Shown: one piece after another, positions 12,825-24,553 of the stretch | Layout: the number at the start of each line of letters is the position of its first letter | Numbering within the stretch: the first letter of the stretch is position 1 | Assembly: GCA_963514005.1 (NCBI GenBank) | Contig: OY740814.1 | Location: forward strand, 28,644,001 to 28,708,000 | Origin: Raja brachyura | Taxonomy: Eukaryota | DNA length: 64,000 nt | Direction of reading: 5' to 3' | The notes under the pieces: model-generated | The model's input: the letters and a program-made list of their open reading frames with translations, nothing else | Database searches by the model: none | Told to the model about the DNA's origin: nothing | Translations under genes and position numbers: made by a program

Positions 12825-13931
12825 TAATTAGGAGTTGGTCTCCCACAATAACATAGAACAATTGTGTTTCCCTTTTTTTTTAACATACAAAAAAGACTGC
12901 TCTGGTTCATCATGGCGAATTTTCATCAAGGCGCTGTCTAGACATCTTATCTTTGGAATGTTAATTCAAGGTCGGATTTTAAGTTTCATTTCAGCAAAGG
13001 ATTGGAAAAGAAAAAAACTGTGGCGGGGAAAATAACTTGAGAATATGGAAAAATATTATCAGTGGACTTGTAGATAGAAACTTATGATTTACGAAACACA
13101 CAATTATATACCAACATAAAATATAATTAATAAAATTGTGTAATATTAAGACATAGCGTAATAATGGCTGTTGTTTATTTCATGATGTTAATTACTTGCT
13201 AAATATAAGAATAACGAGTTAAATATGATTATAAGTATTAACATACTAATAAATATTACGGATATAGTAGATTTAGTTTAAATTGCGAGCAAAGTGGAGG
13301 GGAGGAGACTCAGATACTTGGAAGTTATCCAAGGGTACTTGGAAGTTATCCGGGCTTTTGAGTCGGACAACAGCGGGCTCCAAGGTTAACTCCTTGGGGC
13401 CTGCTGTTGTCTGATACAAATGTTTGAGACTTAATTGTAATAGATCTTGGCATATCGATAGATATGGATATATAATTAACATAATCACTGTTATATCTAA
13501 GTATATACTTAATTTTGGAAACTCTCTTTTATTTTGTTTTTCCTCTTTGAAGATACATTTCTAATCTATCTATCGGAGTGCGTTTTATTTTATATATATT
13601 TTTTTTAACTTTGTATTGCTCTCTCTTCCAATTAATAATAATTGGTCAAGGGGGCAGAGCAAAACATATAGAAACATCTACGGAAGTTGATAAGAATTTT
13701 TCTACCACCTGTTGGTGGTTTGTTTTTAGTTATAATATCTTTATTTTGGGATATTATAATTTCACTTTTTGTTTGTTAATTATCTTTTCACGATTCTACA
13801 CTTTCTGGTATTTTTCAAGGTCTATTCTGAAGGGGAGATGCCAACAAAATCTAATAGCTTGGGATGATCATCCCTCACCTAGAGTAATGAGGTTCTTGGT
13901 TGCACCAGTAAAGGTATTAACATGATCCATA

Positions 13932-16900
13932 ATGCAAGACGATAAACAAAATAAAACTGGAGGAATCACGTTCTGCAGTTGGAATATAAGGGGCGCTAAT
14001 GAACCAATTAAAAGGGGTAAGATCTTTGCCCGATTAAAAGCTTTAAATAGTGATGTAATTTTCTTACAAGAGACGCATCTGAAATATCAAACACAGATAA
14101 GATTGAAGGCAAATTGGATCGGGCAAACATACTACTCTTCATTTACTTCTAAATCTAGAGGCACGGCCATTATCATTTGTAAAGGTATACCATTTAAATT
14201 AAAGAATACCATAGCAGATAAAGAGGGGAGGTACGTCATAGTCATGGGAGAAATTTATTCTACTCCACTTACTTTGATAAATATTTATGCTCCTAATTTT
14301 GACAACCCTCAATTTTTTAGTAAAATTCTGGAAACAATTTCAGAACTTAACTATCAAAATGTGGTAATAGGGGGAGATTTGAATTGTGTTTTAGATCCAT
14401 ATTTGGATAAATCTGCAAAACAAAAAAGGATTAACATAAAATCTAAAACAAGTGAACTCCTAAATACATACATGAAAAATACCAATGACAGATGTATGGA
14501 GGATCGCTAACCCAGTAGGTAGAGAATATTCATTTTATTCAACAGTACATAAAACATACTCACGTATTGATTATTTCTTAGTGGACACAAAATTAATTCC
14601 ATACACATATAATGCTAAATATCACAATAGTATTATTTCTGATCATTCCCCGTTAACTTTCTCTTTAAAATTCGAAGGAATGCCTGACAAAAAATCGTTT
14701 TGGAGGTTTAACCCCAAAATATTAAACAACTCACAAGGTTGTACATATTTAAAAGAGCAGATGAAATTCTTCTTTGAGACAAATGAAACACCAAATATTT
14801 CACCCTCCTTATTATGGGAAACTTTTAAGGCATTTACAAGAGGAACTATAATTTCATATCAAGCTTTCCAAAAAAAAAAGAATAATACTGAACAATTACA
14901 GCTAGAACAAGAAATTAGACAATTAGATTTAGAAAATGCTAAAGAACACAATAAGATAACAATACTAAAGTATAAATTAAATGAAATTTTATCGGCCAGA
15001 ATAATAAGATTAGTTCAAATTACAAAACAAGAAAATTTTGAATTTGGTGATAAACCACATAAACTCTTAGCACGCCAACTGAAAAAACGGGAAACAGAAA
15101 ACACAATTACTAAAATTAAATCAGGCAAAGGGGAATTACTAACACTACCTAAAGATATAAATAAAAGATTTGCTCAATATTATCAAAATTTATATACATC
15201 GAAAACCTCTGCAAATAATATTCAAATTACATATTTCATAGACAATTGTAATCTTCCAAAATTAAATAGGGTGGAACAAGAGGGATTAGGAGCTCAGATT
15301 ACACTTCAGGAAATAGAAGAAACAATAAGTTTGTTGAAGAATGGCAAAACGCCAGGACCAGACGGCTTTAGTAATGAATTCTATAAAAGATTCCACGAGA
15401 TAATTTCTCCACGCTTACAAGAATTATATATATATGCTTTTCAAGAAAATAAATTACCAGAAACAATAACTGAGTCAACTATTACACTTATACCAAAAAA
15501 GGATAAAGATCTAGAAGACCCAGGCTCATATAGAGCTATTGCACTCCGAAATACAGATCAAAAAATATTAGCAAAGACACTAGCGAGAAGATTGAGTAAA
15601 TATATTAGCAAACTAATAAACCCGGATCAAACTGGGTTTATACCAAAGAAATACTCATTTAACAATTTGAGACGGCTGTCTAATATAATGTACTCACTTA
15701 ATACTGAAGAAGACCTAGCAATTATCTCATTGGATGCAGAAAAAGCTTTCGATCAAGTAGAATGGCAATATTTATTCAAAGTATTGCAAAAATTTAACAT
15801 GGGAGATAACTTTATCTCATGGGTAAAATTATTATATGATAAGCCAACGGCTAGAATACTGACCAATAATATATTATCCCCAAAATTCCAATTGGCAAGG
15901 GGCAATAGGCAGGGGTGCGCACTATCACCTCTGCTATTTGCACTATTGATAGAGCCTTTAGCAGAAAGTATAAGAAGTCATCCGAATATTCATGGATATA
16001 ATACCAAACACTCAAATAATAAAATTTCATTATATGCAGACGACATATTATTATATATTACAAATTCACAAATTAGCATACCAAATATACTAAATTTAAT
16101 AGAGGAATTTGGTTCTTTTTCAGGATATAGAATAAACTGGAACAAAAGCGAAATTATGACAATAAAACCTCAAGAGCCGTTATATCTGTTGAAATTCCCC
16201 TTTAGAATTGCAACAGAAAAATTTAAGTATTTGGGCATCCAAGTTACTAGGAAATATAAATCATTACTCAACGCAAATTATATGCCTTTAATAACTAAAT
16301 TAAATGGGTTGATTAAATTCTGGAAAACACTGCCAATGTCCTTAATAGGCAGAATAAACGGAATAAAAATGATCTTCTTACCACAAATACTGTACCTATT
16401 CCAATCAATACCAATATACTTACCTAAAAAATTCTTTAAAAAATTAGATTCTGATATTATAAACTTCATATGGGATTATAAATCACATAGAATTAAGAAA
16501 AAAACGCTTGTGTAAATCTAAAGAATCAGGGGGACTGACACTCCCTAACTTATTGTACTACTATTGGTCAGCGAATATTAAAAATATAATCTATATTCTG
16601 CCCAACAGGTAGATTGGATAAGAATGGAGAAAAAGGATTGTTCCCCTTATAATATAGGAGCGATCCTTCTTTCCCCGATGAAACTGAACAATATAATATA
16701 TAAGAAGAATCCAATTATTCACAGTATAATACGAATTTGGAATCAAATAAAATTATCTTTAAAATTAAGAAAATTATCGCTTCTTTCTCCAATAACTAAT
16801 AATCCCTCATTCAAACCATCTATTATTGATAAAACGTTTATCCATTGGGAAAGATTAGGAATTAAAACAATGGGAGATAGGTATGATATGGGAAAACTTT

Positions 16901-17705
16901 TATCATTCCAACAATTACAACTAAAATATAATTTGAAAAATAATCAATATTTCAAATATCTTCAAATTCAAGATTATTTGAAGAAATATATACAAGGATA
17001 TCAAACCCTAACCCCAGATTTATTGGAGGAAGGAATGAATAGGAAGGCAGAATCAAGCAATTTAATATCTTACTTATATAATATAATTTTAAATATAGAA
17101 ACGCCAACAACAGAGACAATTAGAAGGGACTGGGAACAAGAGTTATTGATAAAAATTCCTAACGATAGATGGGAAATTTTTTTATTATATGTAAATAAAT
17201 GTTCAATTAATGTAAGACATAACCTAATTCAATTTAAAATTTTACATAGATTATATTATTCTAAAACTAGACTGAATAAAATATTCCCAAATGTTTCCCC
17301 CATCTGTGACAAATGTCTTACTCAAAATGCCACTATAGCACATTCCTTTGTCTCGTGTATAAAACTGTATAAATTTTGGAATGAAATTTTTGGAATTTTT
17401 ACAAAACTATTTAACACAAAATTGAACCCCAATACAGAACTGATTATCTTTGGATCAATGGAAGATGGAAGTAAACTAACTATATTCCAAGAAGATTTCT
17501 TAATTACGGTCTAATAACAGCAAAAAAACTTATACTCAAATTTTGGAAAAACGCAATCACGCCAATATTCAAAATGTGGATTTCAAATATGTCTCAAACA
17601 CTTCATCTTGAAGAAATGAGATTTCTCCTACTAGGCAAAGTAAACCAATTCTCAAAGACTTTGTCTCCTTTTATCAACTTTTTGCAAGCATATGGTGCAA
17701 CATAA
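13932..17705 (+). pseudogene. Inner L1 ORF2 (EN-RT-Cys-rich C-terminus) with a few frameshifts
   Basis: ORFs 13932, 14485, 16624: GDLN, YSRIDYF, SLDAEKAFD, RQGCALSPLLF, LYADD, CDKC..H..C. Confidence 0.92.
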
Positions 17706-18963
17706 CTTAACCTCAGAAATTAAATGTTTTAGAACCGGGTGACGGATGGGCAAAAATACGAAATAGGTAGATCTCTCCTAATCTCTCTTTTCTTTACTTT
17801 CTCCTTCTATTTCAATCTTTTCAGCTTCTCTTCTATGTCCTTTATTTATTTTGCTATCTGTTTCTACTCTCTTGTCTATCTATTCCGACACTCTTTATTT
17901 CTTTTTTCTCTTACTGTTCTTTTATTATTAAATCAAAAGTATGAAGTTGTACAAGAATGGAAATATGTATGTATGTATTAGGTACTCAAGTACCACACTA
18001 TTGTACTTCGAACAAAAAAAACCAAAAAAAAAACCCCAAAAAAAACACTAGGCATAATTTAATTCAATTTAAAATATTACACAGATTATATTATTCAAAA
18101 GTTAGGTTGAATAAATTTTATATAAATATTTCTCCCATGTGTGATAAATGCCTTTCTCAAAATGCCAACTTCACACATTCTTTCATTTCTTGCACAAAAC
18201 TTCAAAGATTTTGGTGTGATATATTTGATATATTCACTAGTTTATTTAAGATAAAAATGGAACCTAGCATGGAAATGATTATCTTTGGAGCATTAGGAGA
18301 TGGAAACAAATTAAATATACCCCAAATCTCATTTTTTAATTATGGTTTAATATTAGCGAAAAAACTTATACTCAAATTCTGGAAAAAGGCTACTATACTC
18401 ATATATATACTATACTCAAAATGTGGATTGGTAATATGTTGGAAACGGCCCATTCGGAAGAAATGAGACCTTTCCTAATAGAAAAAAAAGACCAATTCTT
18501 AACAAGTTGGTCTCCATTTATTGACCTTGTGGTGACTTGTGGCGTGTGAGAATCTCCTTTCTGCTTCACTTTCTCCCTTATTTCTTTCTTTACACTACAC
18601 TCACTAGACTATTCTTTACTCTTCACTACTTCTTTCTTTCTCATTTCTTTCTAAAAAAAAAAGGAAGTTGTACAAAGAATGTTTTAATAATTCTGGGAAC
18701 CTGTAAAAAGGTACCATTAAAATGTAACGACTTACTTCTAATAAATATATATATATATTTTACTTCGGAGTCACGTGAGTGACTACGTGAAGACCCCGCC
18801 AGCACGCATGCGCGACATATCGTCGAACGCATTGCGGAAGCGACAGTCGGGAGGAGCGTCGCTCCTCCAGCGTAAGTTTTAAAAACTTACGGAAGGTAAG
18901 TCTCACCTGTAGTGGTGAGTGTGGCGACTCTGTGTTTTTCTTGTCTACAGGAGAAAACCCAAC

Positions 18964-20107
18964 ATGGAGTCGCGAAAATCAAAAAGAGCAGCGGCAAAAT
19001 CTGCTGCTATGGGGAGCAGCCAGCAGCGTGCCGCTACTCCTGAGCTGCAGGTGTTACCGGCAGCTCCCGACTTTTCGCCGATGAGGACCGCAGGTACGCC
19101 GCGGTCGGGCGGCAAATCCACCCGGAAGTCGGACGGGGCCGTTGACTCAGCGGGCGTCTTTCCCGCATGGAGTGGATGATGGAGCAGTTGCTCCAGCGTG
19201 ACCTGCTTTTGCAGGGACAGAGTCACAGTGGGCCTCTTCGCAGCCACGGCAGAATCCTACCATGGACTGCCAAATGTCTCACCCTCTTCGCAGGGGAGCA
19301 TTAGGGGTCAGAACTGGGCTGACCCTGAAGAAGGGGATTTGGCTGAACAACCAGCAGTGTCAGGGGTGCAGGAAGAGTTACTGGATATGGTGAACAAACA
19401 TGCTGTTCCTACACAGAAAGGACTGCCTATTCACCAGAAGCTGGCAGCCAGCATTAACTACATGGCTACCAACCAGCTTCAGGAGCAAGCCATTAATGCA
19501 ACAGCTGAGAAGTATCTCACTCCTGAGAATTGTAACTCTTTGAATGTTCCTGCGGTGAATAACCCTATATGGGGGAACATGAGCCCTACTATCAGAGGGC
19601 AAGAAATCAAGCTTCAGAGGATTCTGAAACTTTTGGCCGCCGGGATTACAGCAGTGGCCAGGAGAACTGCAAGATGCTCTGGCTTTGCTGTGTAACACAC
19701 AGTTTGAAATAAATAACTATCGGAAGAGCATCATCAAACCTGCACTTAATCCCAAATTTGCGGGGTTATGCAGGTCAGGTAACTTGCAACCACCTAATCT
19801 GCTGTTTGGGGATAACCTTCCAAAACAGGTGAAAGACCTGGATGAGGAGGCCAAGGCTATAGGCCTGATTAAGGTACCTGGTACCTCTAAACCCCACTAT
19901 CAGCAGCGGCAGCACCCCTACACACCCACCGGACGGCGATATTACAACAGACCGTCCGGTGGTGAAAGCTCGAAGGCCGGCCCACCTGCACAACGGTCTT
20001 TTTTAGGCCATGGCCCAGCCCGGCCTTCTTGGAAAATGCGCCATCCCTACAACTCAGCAACACAGCAACACAAGAAGCAAGGGCAAAGACCGCAACACCG
20101 GCAGTAA
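18964..20107 (+). pseudogene. DIRS gag-like ORF1, frameshifted (pieces 18964-19179, 19198-19695, 19685-20107)
   Basis: Position upstream of RT. PENC..LNVPAVN..IW, R..IKPALNP.F..LC, LLFGDNL motifs resemble vertebrate DIRS ORF1. Confidence 0.75.
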
Positions 20108-20109
20108 CC

Positions 20110-22367
20110 ATGGAGGTAGGTGGGTCTGGTTCCCTCAGGAACATTGCATGTCTAAATTCATCTAATGTGGGGGGACGGGTGCACTTGTTTCATGAAGTAT
20201 GGTGCACCTTTACCTCTGATCCTTACATACTCGGAAGTATTCAGGGTTATAAAATTGAGTTTATTCACGAACTCCCTACCCCAGTTCAGCATTTGCCTAG
20301 CCGAAAGTTTATACTTTCACAGAAAGAAAGAACGGCAGGCCATGCTGAACTATCAAGACTAATTAACAAAGGGGTAATTGAGAAGACTATCAGAGAATCT
20401 CAGGAGTTCGTATCGAATATATTTACCAAAAATAAAAAAGATGGCGGGTGCCGCATCATCATAGACCTGACCGAACTAAATACTTCCGTTCAGTATGTTC
20501 ATTTTAAAATGGACACTTTTGTCACGGCTAGACAGCTAATATCTGAAAGGTACTACATGGCTTGCATTGACCTTAAGGATGCATACTATTCAGTACCTAT
20601 ACACAAGGATCATAGGAAATACCTGAAATTTATCTGGATGGGACAATTATGGCAATATAAAGCCTTACCCAATGGGTTATCATCAGCACCCAGGCTGTTT
20701 ACCAAAATATTGAAACCAGCTTTAGCCTATTTAAGGAAACAAAACTATATTGTTCCCAGAACAAGGGGTCACAGTCTAAGGATAAGGGGGAATTCCTTTA
20801 GGACCGAAATGAGGAAAACATTCTTTACACAGAGAGTGGTGAGTCTCTAGAATTCTCTGCCACAGAAGGTAGTTGAGGCCAGTTCATTGACTATATTTAA
20901 GAGGGCGTTAGATGTGGCACTTGTGGCTAAAGGGATCAGGGGGTATGGAGAGAAGGCAGGTACGGGATACTGAGTTGGATGATCAGCCATGATCACATTG
21001 AATGGCGGTGCAGGCTCGAAGGGCCGAATGGCCTACTCCTGCACCTATTTTCTATGTTTCTATGTTTCTATATTGTCATGGCCTACCTTGATGATATCCT
21101 CATTGTCGGGGAGAATTTGGAAATGGCTACATTGGCAGTTCTAGCCACAAAACATCTTTTTCAAAAGCTGGGATTTATCATACATCCAGATAATTCGAAA
21201 TTGGAACCCTCCACTACCATGGATTATTTAGGGTTCACCATTGACTTGGTGCAAATGTCTATCACCTTACCACCTAACAAGGTGGTGGACTTGATAGAAG
21301 CTTGCAGGAGCCTCACTGGCATCAGGGATCCATCTATACGGCAAGTAGCCAGAGTGATTGGGAAAATAGTGGCTGCATTTCCCACAGCACAATTTGGGCC
21401 ACTCCATTATCAAAACCTTCAAAGAGCAAAAATTATAGCTCTCAAAAATCATGCAGGCCATTTTGACAGGCCTATGAATCTACCAGAAAAGGCAAAATCT
21501 GAATTAAATTGGTGGATAGAAAATGCACAGCTTTGTTCTAACCCCATCACTATCATGAATCCCTCGGTTATCTTACAAACTGATGCCAGTGCCAAAGGTT
21601 GGGGAGCAACTAATACCACCACAAGTTGTGGAGGCAGATGGAGTGCACAAGAGCTAACCCTATTCAAAACATTAGGGATTAATTATTCAGAAATGCTGGG
21701 AGCATTTCATGGTCTAAGGGCATACTGCTCAGATATGCACCAGTTGCATGTCAGGTTACAAATTGACAACACCACAGTGGTGGCTTATATTAATCATATG
21801 GGTGGAATAAAGTCGATATCATGTGATGAATTGGCTAATAATATCTGGCACTGGTGTCTGCAAAGGGAAATTTGGATCTCAGCCACTTACCTTCCAGGTA
21901 AGCTAAACACAGTGGCAGACACCAGATCACGAAAATTCAACAACAACATAAAATGGATGTTGGATCGGAAAGTGTTTATGGATATTATAGAACGTTATGG
22001 GACACCAGATATCGACCTTTTTGCATCCAGACTTAATCACCAACTTCCAACATATGTTGCTTGGGAACCAGACCCAGGGGCAGTAGCGATGGATGCTTTC
22101 ACGCTACATTGGGGGGATTTGTTCTGCTATGCATTTCCCCCCTTCTGCCTCATCAGTCGGGTGTTGCAAAAAATAAGACAAGACTCCGCATCGGGTATTT
22201 TGGTTGTGCCCGACTGGCCTACCCAACCATGGTTCCCAGCGGTACAGAAGATGGCCACAGAACCTTGCATCCGGGTCAACAAACGACCTAGTTTATTGAT
22301 ACATCCCGTTACAGGGGAAAGCCATCCATGTCATGACCGCATGGACCTGTTAATTTGCAGATTCTGA
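20110..22367 (+). pseudogene. DIRS pol: RT + RNase H + Dam-like methyltransferase, split by a CR1 insertion
   Basis: IDLKDAYY, LPNGLSSAPRLFTK, YLDD (RT); QTDASAKGWG, QIDNTT, ADTRSR (RNase H); IDLFAS..YAFPP..PDWPTQPW (MT). Removing 323 bp restores a single frame. Confidence 0.93.
20754..21067 (+). mobile_element. CR1 3'-end fragment inside DIRS RT
   Basis: RTRGHSLRI..FFTQRVV, 3' hairpin and (TTCTATGT)n tail. TSD CTATATTGT at 20745-20753 and 21068-21076. Confidence 0.93.
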
Positions 22368-23338
22368 ATCGGCCACTTCTGGGATACGGACTCACCGACA
22401 GAACAATAAATACCATCTCAGCGTCGTGCAGGGAGTCCACCAGGAAACAGTACCTGACCTATATCAGAAAGTGGGAAGTGTTCTGTACTACAACGAACAC
22501 TACCTATGAAACGGCCACCATCACGGAAGTTCTGGAATTCCTGGCTACCCTTCACTACGATGAAGGATTAAGCTACAGTGCCATCAACTGTGCAAGGAGT
22601 GCTCTATCGAATTATCTGGGCAAAGGGAGTGATCATCTGGCTATTGGATCACACCCATTAGTGTCAAAGCTAATGAGGGGAATATTTAATTCCAATCCCC
22701 CCAGGCCCAGATACAACCATACGTGGGATATTAGCATAGTCTTGACTATGTTACGAGGATGGACACCCAATTCGAGGCTCACCTTGGACAAGCTCACCTA
22801 TAAAATGGTAATGATTATGGCACTTGTCACAGCACAACGGGTCCAGTCCCTACACAAGTTAAGTATGGACGCCATGACAATCTCCAATGGCAAAATAACT
22901 TTTCTTATACAGGGGCTGTTAAAACAAGACCGACCCGGGTCGTCTGGACAAACATTAGAGTTTCAAGCTTATCCTGCAGATACTCGACTCTGCATCGTTA
23001 CACTGATATTACAATATATCACAGTCACTAAGACTCTAAGGGGCACGGTGAAAGCTTTGCTTATAAGCCATAAACGGCCCCATCACAAAGTCACGGTGCA
23101 AACCATATCAAGATGGTTAAGGGTGGTGTTAGATGCAGCGGGGGTGGACACTAATGTCTTCAAATCTCACTCCACCAGGGCTGCATCTACTTTGGCGGCT
23201 AGGATGATGGAAGTACCCATGGACCACATCCTGGCCACAGCGGGTTGGAGCAATGAGAAGACATTCCAACGCTTCTATAACAAACCCATGGCCTCTCCTG
23301 ACACTTCTGCAGGGAAAATTTTGAGTACTGCTAAATAA
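22355..23338 (+). CDS. DIRS tyrosine recombinase (open frame, no N-terminal ATG)
   Basis: N-terminal SAM-like region (YSAINCARSALS, HPLV). Catalytic TAQR, K, HSTR, AGWS, FQRFY. Confidence 0.92.
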   Translation: MQILNRPLLGYGLTDRTINTISASCRESTRKQYLTYIRKWEVFCTTTNTTYETATITEVLEFLATLHYDEGLSYSAINCARSALSNYLGKGSDHLAIGSHPLVSKLMRGIFNSNPPRPRYNHTWDISIVLTMLRGWTPNSRLTLDKLTYKMVMIMALVTAQRVQSLHKLSMDAMTISNGKITFLIQGLLKQDRPGSSGQTLEFQAYPADTRLCIVTLILQYITVTKTLRGTVKALLISHKRPHHKVTVQTISRWLRVVLDAAGVDTNVFKSHSTRAASTLAARMMEVPMDHILATAGWSNEKTFQRFYNKPMASPDTSAGKILSTAK

Positions 23339-23958
23339 TTACCCTATATGGGATATATTTTGTTTTGGTATGAATAAATATCTATTTTGTTTTTCAGCCA
23401 GTGTCATGTCTGAAATACGTTCATCCTCTTATCCCAGCATAGCAGTGTGTGAGCATGGACTTGTTTCCAGGGCATGAAATCACAGAGCTTTGAAATCTTC
23501 ACGTAGTCACTCACGTGACTCCGAAGTAAAATAGTAAGATTAAATGAGAACTTACCAGTTTGAAGTTTGATCTTTATTTTATGAGGAGTTACGATGAGGG
23601 ATTACGTGCCCTCCGCTCCCAAAACCCTCTATTATAAAGTTCAACTGGTATGGAAGTTCTCTCTTATCTTACTATATTAGTCTACATTGCTATCTGTGAT
23701 TTCACACCACTGCTTTGAAGAATGTCGCGCATGCGTGCTGGCGGGGTCTTCACGTAATCCCTCATCGTAACTCCTCATAAAATAAAGATCAAACTTCAAA
23801 CTGGTAAGTTCTCATTTAATCTTACTATTTTTTTTAATTACTCCCTTTAGCTTTGTGTCAGATATGTGTCACATCTGCAGGGAAATCAAGACTAGGCCCA
23901 GCTGGAATTGAGAATGGATGCCCCTTAAAAACCCCGTGGAACTAAAATACCCCAAAGG

Positions 23959-24270
23959 TTGTCATTTTTCAATCACATGACTACAGAGATGACCAATTAT
24001 GTTCTGACCTCGACTCTGTCACTAAGAATTTGCATTTTAGGGTGCGAGCAGTACACAGTGAATGTACCTTGGTTTCCTCCCTTGGTTTCTTCCATTAAGG
24101 TCAAGCCTGATGATTTTGTGACGGTGAAGAATTGGGTAAGGAAAGGTTTGGAGGCTCAGTGGGAGGGACCTTGTCAGGTTTTCCTGATGACCCCGACTGC
24201 TGTTAAGGTAGAAGGAAGGAATGCGTGGATCCATCTTCACCATTGGAAAAGTATTGGTGGAAGAGTTTGA
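23959..24270 (+). pseudogene. Retroviral (class I ERV-like) integrase C-terminal domain remnant
   Basis: L.AQWEGPCQVFLMTPTAVKVEG..AWIHLHH matches the W.GPY.VLLTTPTAVKV.G...WIH motif. Confidence 0.8.
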
Positions 24271-24553
24271 GCTGCTAACCTGTTTTCTTCAGGAATTTCT
24301 TAAGTATAGGAACATCATACCCATTGAGAGTCAAGAGTACATCTAGCTGACGTGATGGATAAAGAGGATTCATGCCCATATAAACTAGGGAGGTGGAGGC
24401 TCGTCAGTCAGGAATCTTTGAAACTATGCCCATGAAAACTTGGGAAGTTACTTAGAGTTCTGACACAACAACATCGCTGGCATTGTCGAATTGTATAACG
24501 AGAACCGTTGTCATCTTACTTTGTTTGTTATCATATGTGATAAAAGAGGGGAA

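Larger units (their letters stand above)
11591..18043 (+). mobile_element. Full-length (inner) L1-clade LINE, about 6.45 kb
   Basis: GC-rich 5' end GGGACTTCCGGTGGCG, ORF1, 1.1-kb spacer, ORF2, T-rich 3'UTR, A-rich tail 18011-18043. 16-bp TSD AACACCAGACATAATT (11575-11590) / AACACTAGGCATAATT (18044-18059) at a TT|AACA target. Confidence 0.95.
1479..18755 (+). mobile_element. Old (outer) L1-clade LINE split by nested insertions; own sequence about 1479-2245, 5618-7591, 9943-11590, 18060-18755
   Basis: The ORF2 peptide continues across each insertion: KILAR|RLSKY at 7591/9943 and HKCSINTRHN|LIQFKILHRLYY at 11590/18060. It ends in a T-rich 3'UTR, AATAAA and a (TA)n tail. Assignment of 1479-2245 to the spacer is inferred from composition and the CR1 TSD. 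Confidence 0.8.
18756..23831 (+). mobile_element. DIRS1-like tyrosine-recombinase retrotransposon, structurally complete
   Basis: lITR 18756-18818. rITR 23722-23755 is the exact reverse complement of 18785-18818. 3' extension to 23831. ICR 23496-23608 is complementary to both ends. Both ends carry TATTTT. ORF order gag, RT-RH-MT, YR. Confidence 0.96.

Noticed and set aside
13578-13925. Hydrophobic 115-aa ORF in the L1 spacer as a third membrane protein
   Set aside because: Hydrophobicity follows from T-rich composition and it starts at GTG. Only its last about 25 codons resemble the other L1 (reported separately).
21990-23338. Adenine methyltransferase next to a phage-integrase-like gene suggesting a prophage or bacterial HGT
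   Set aside because: MT and YR are standard domains of DIRS1 retrotransposons and lie between DIRS ITR/ICR ends.
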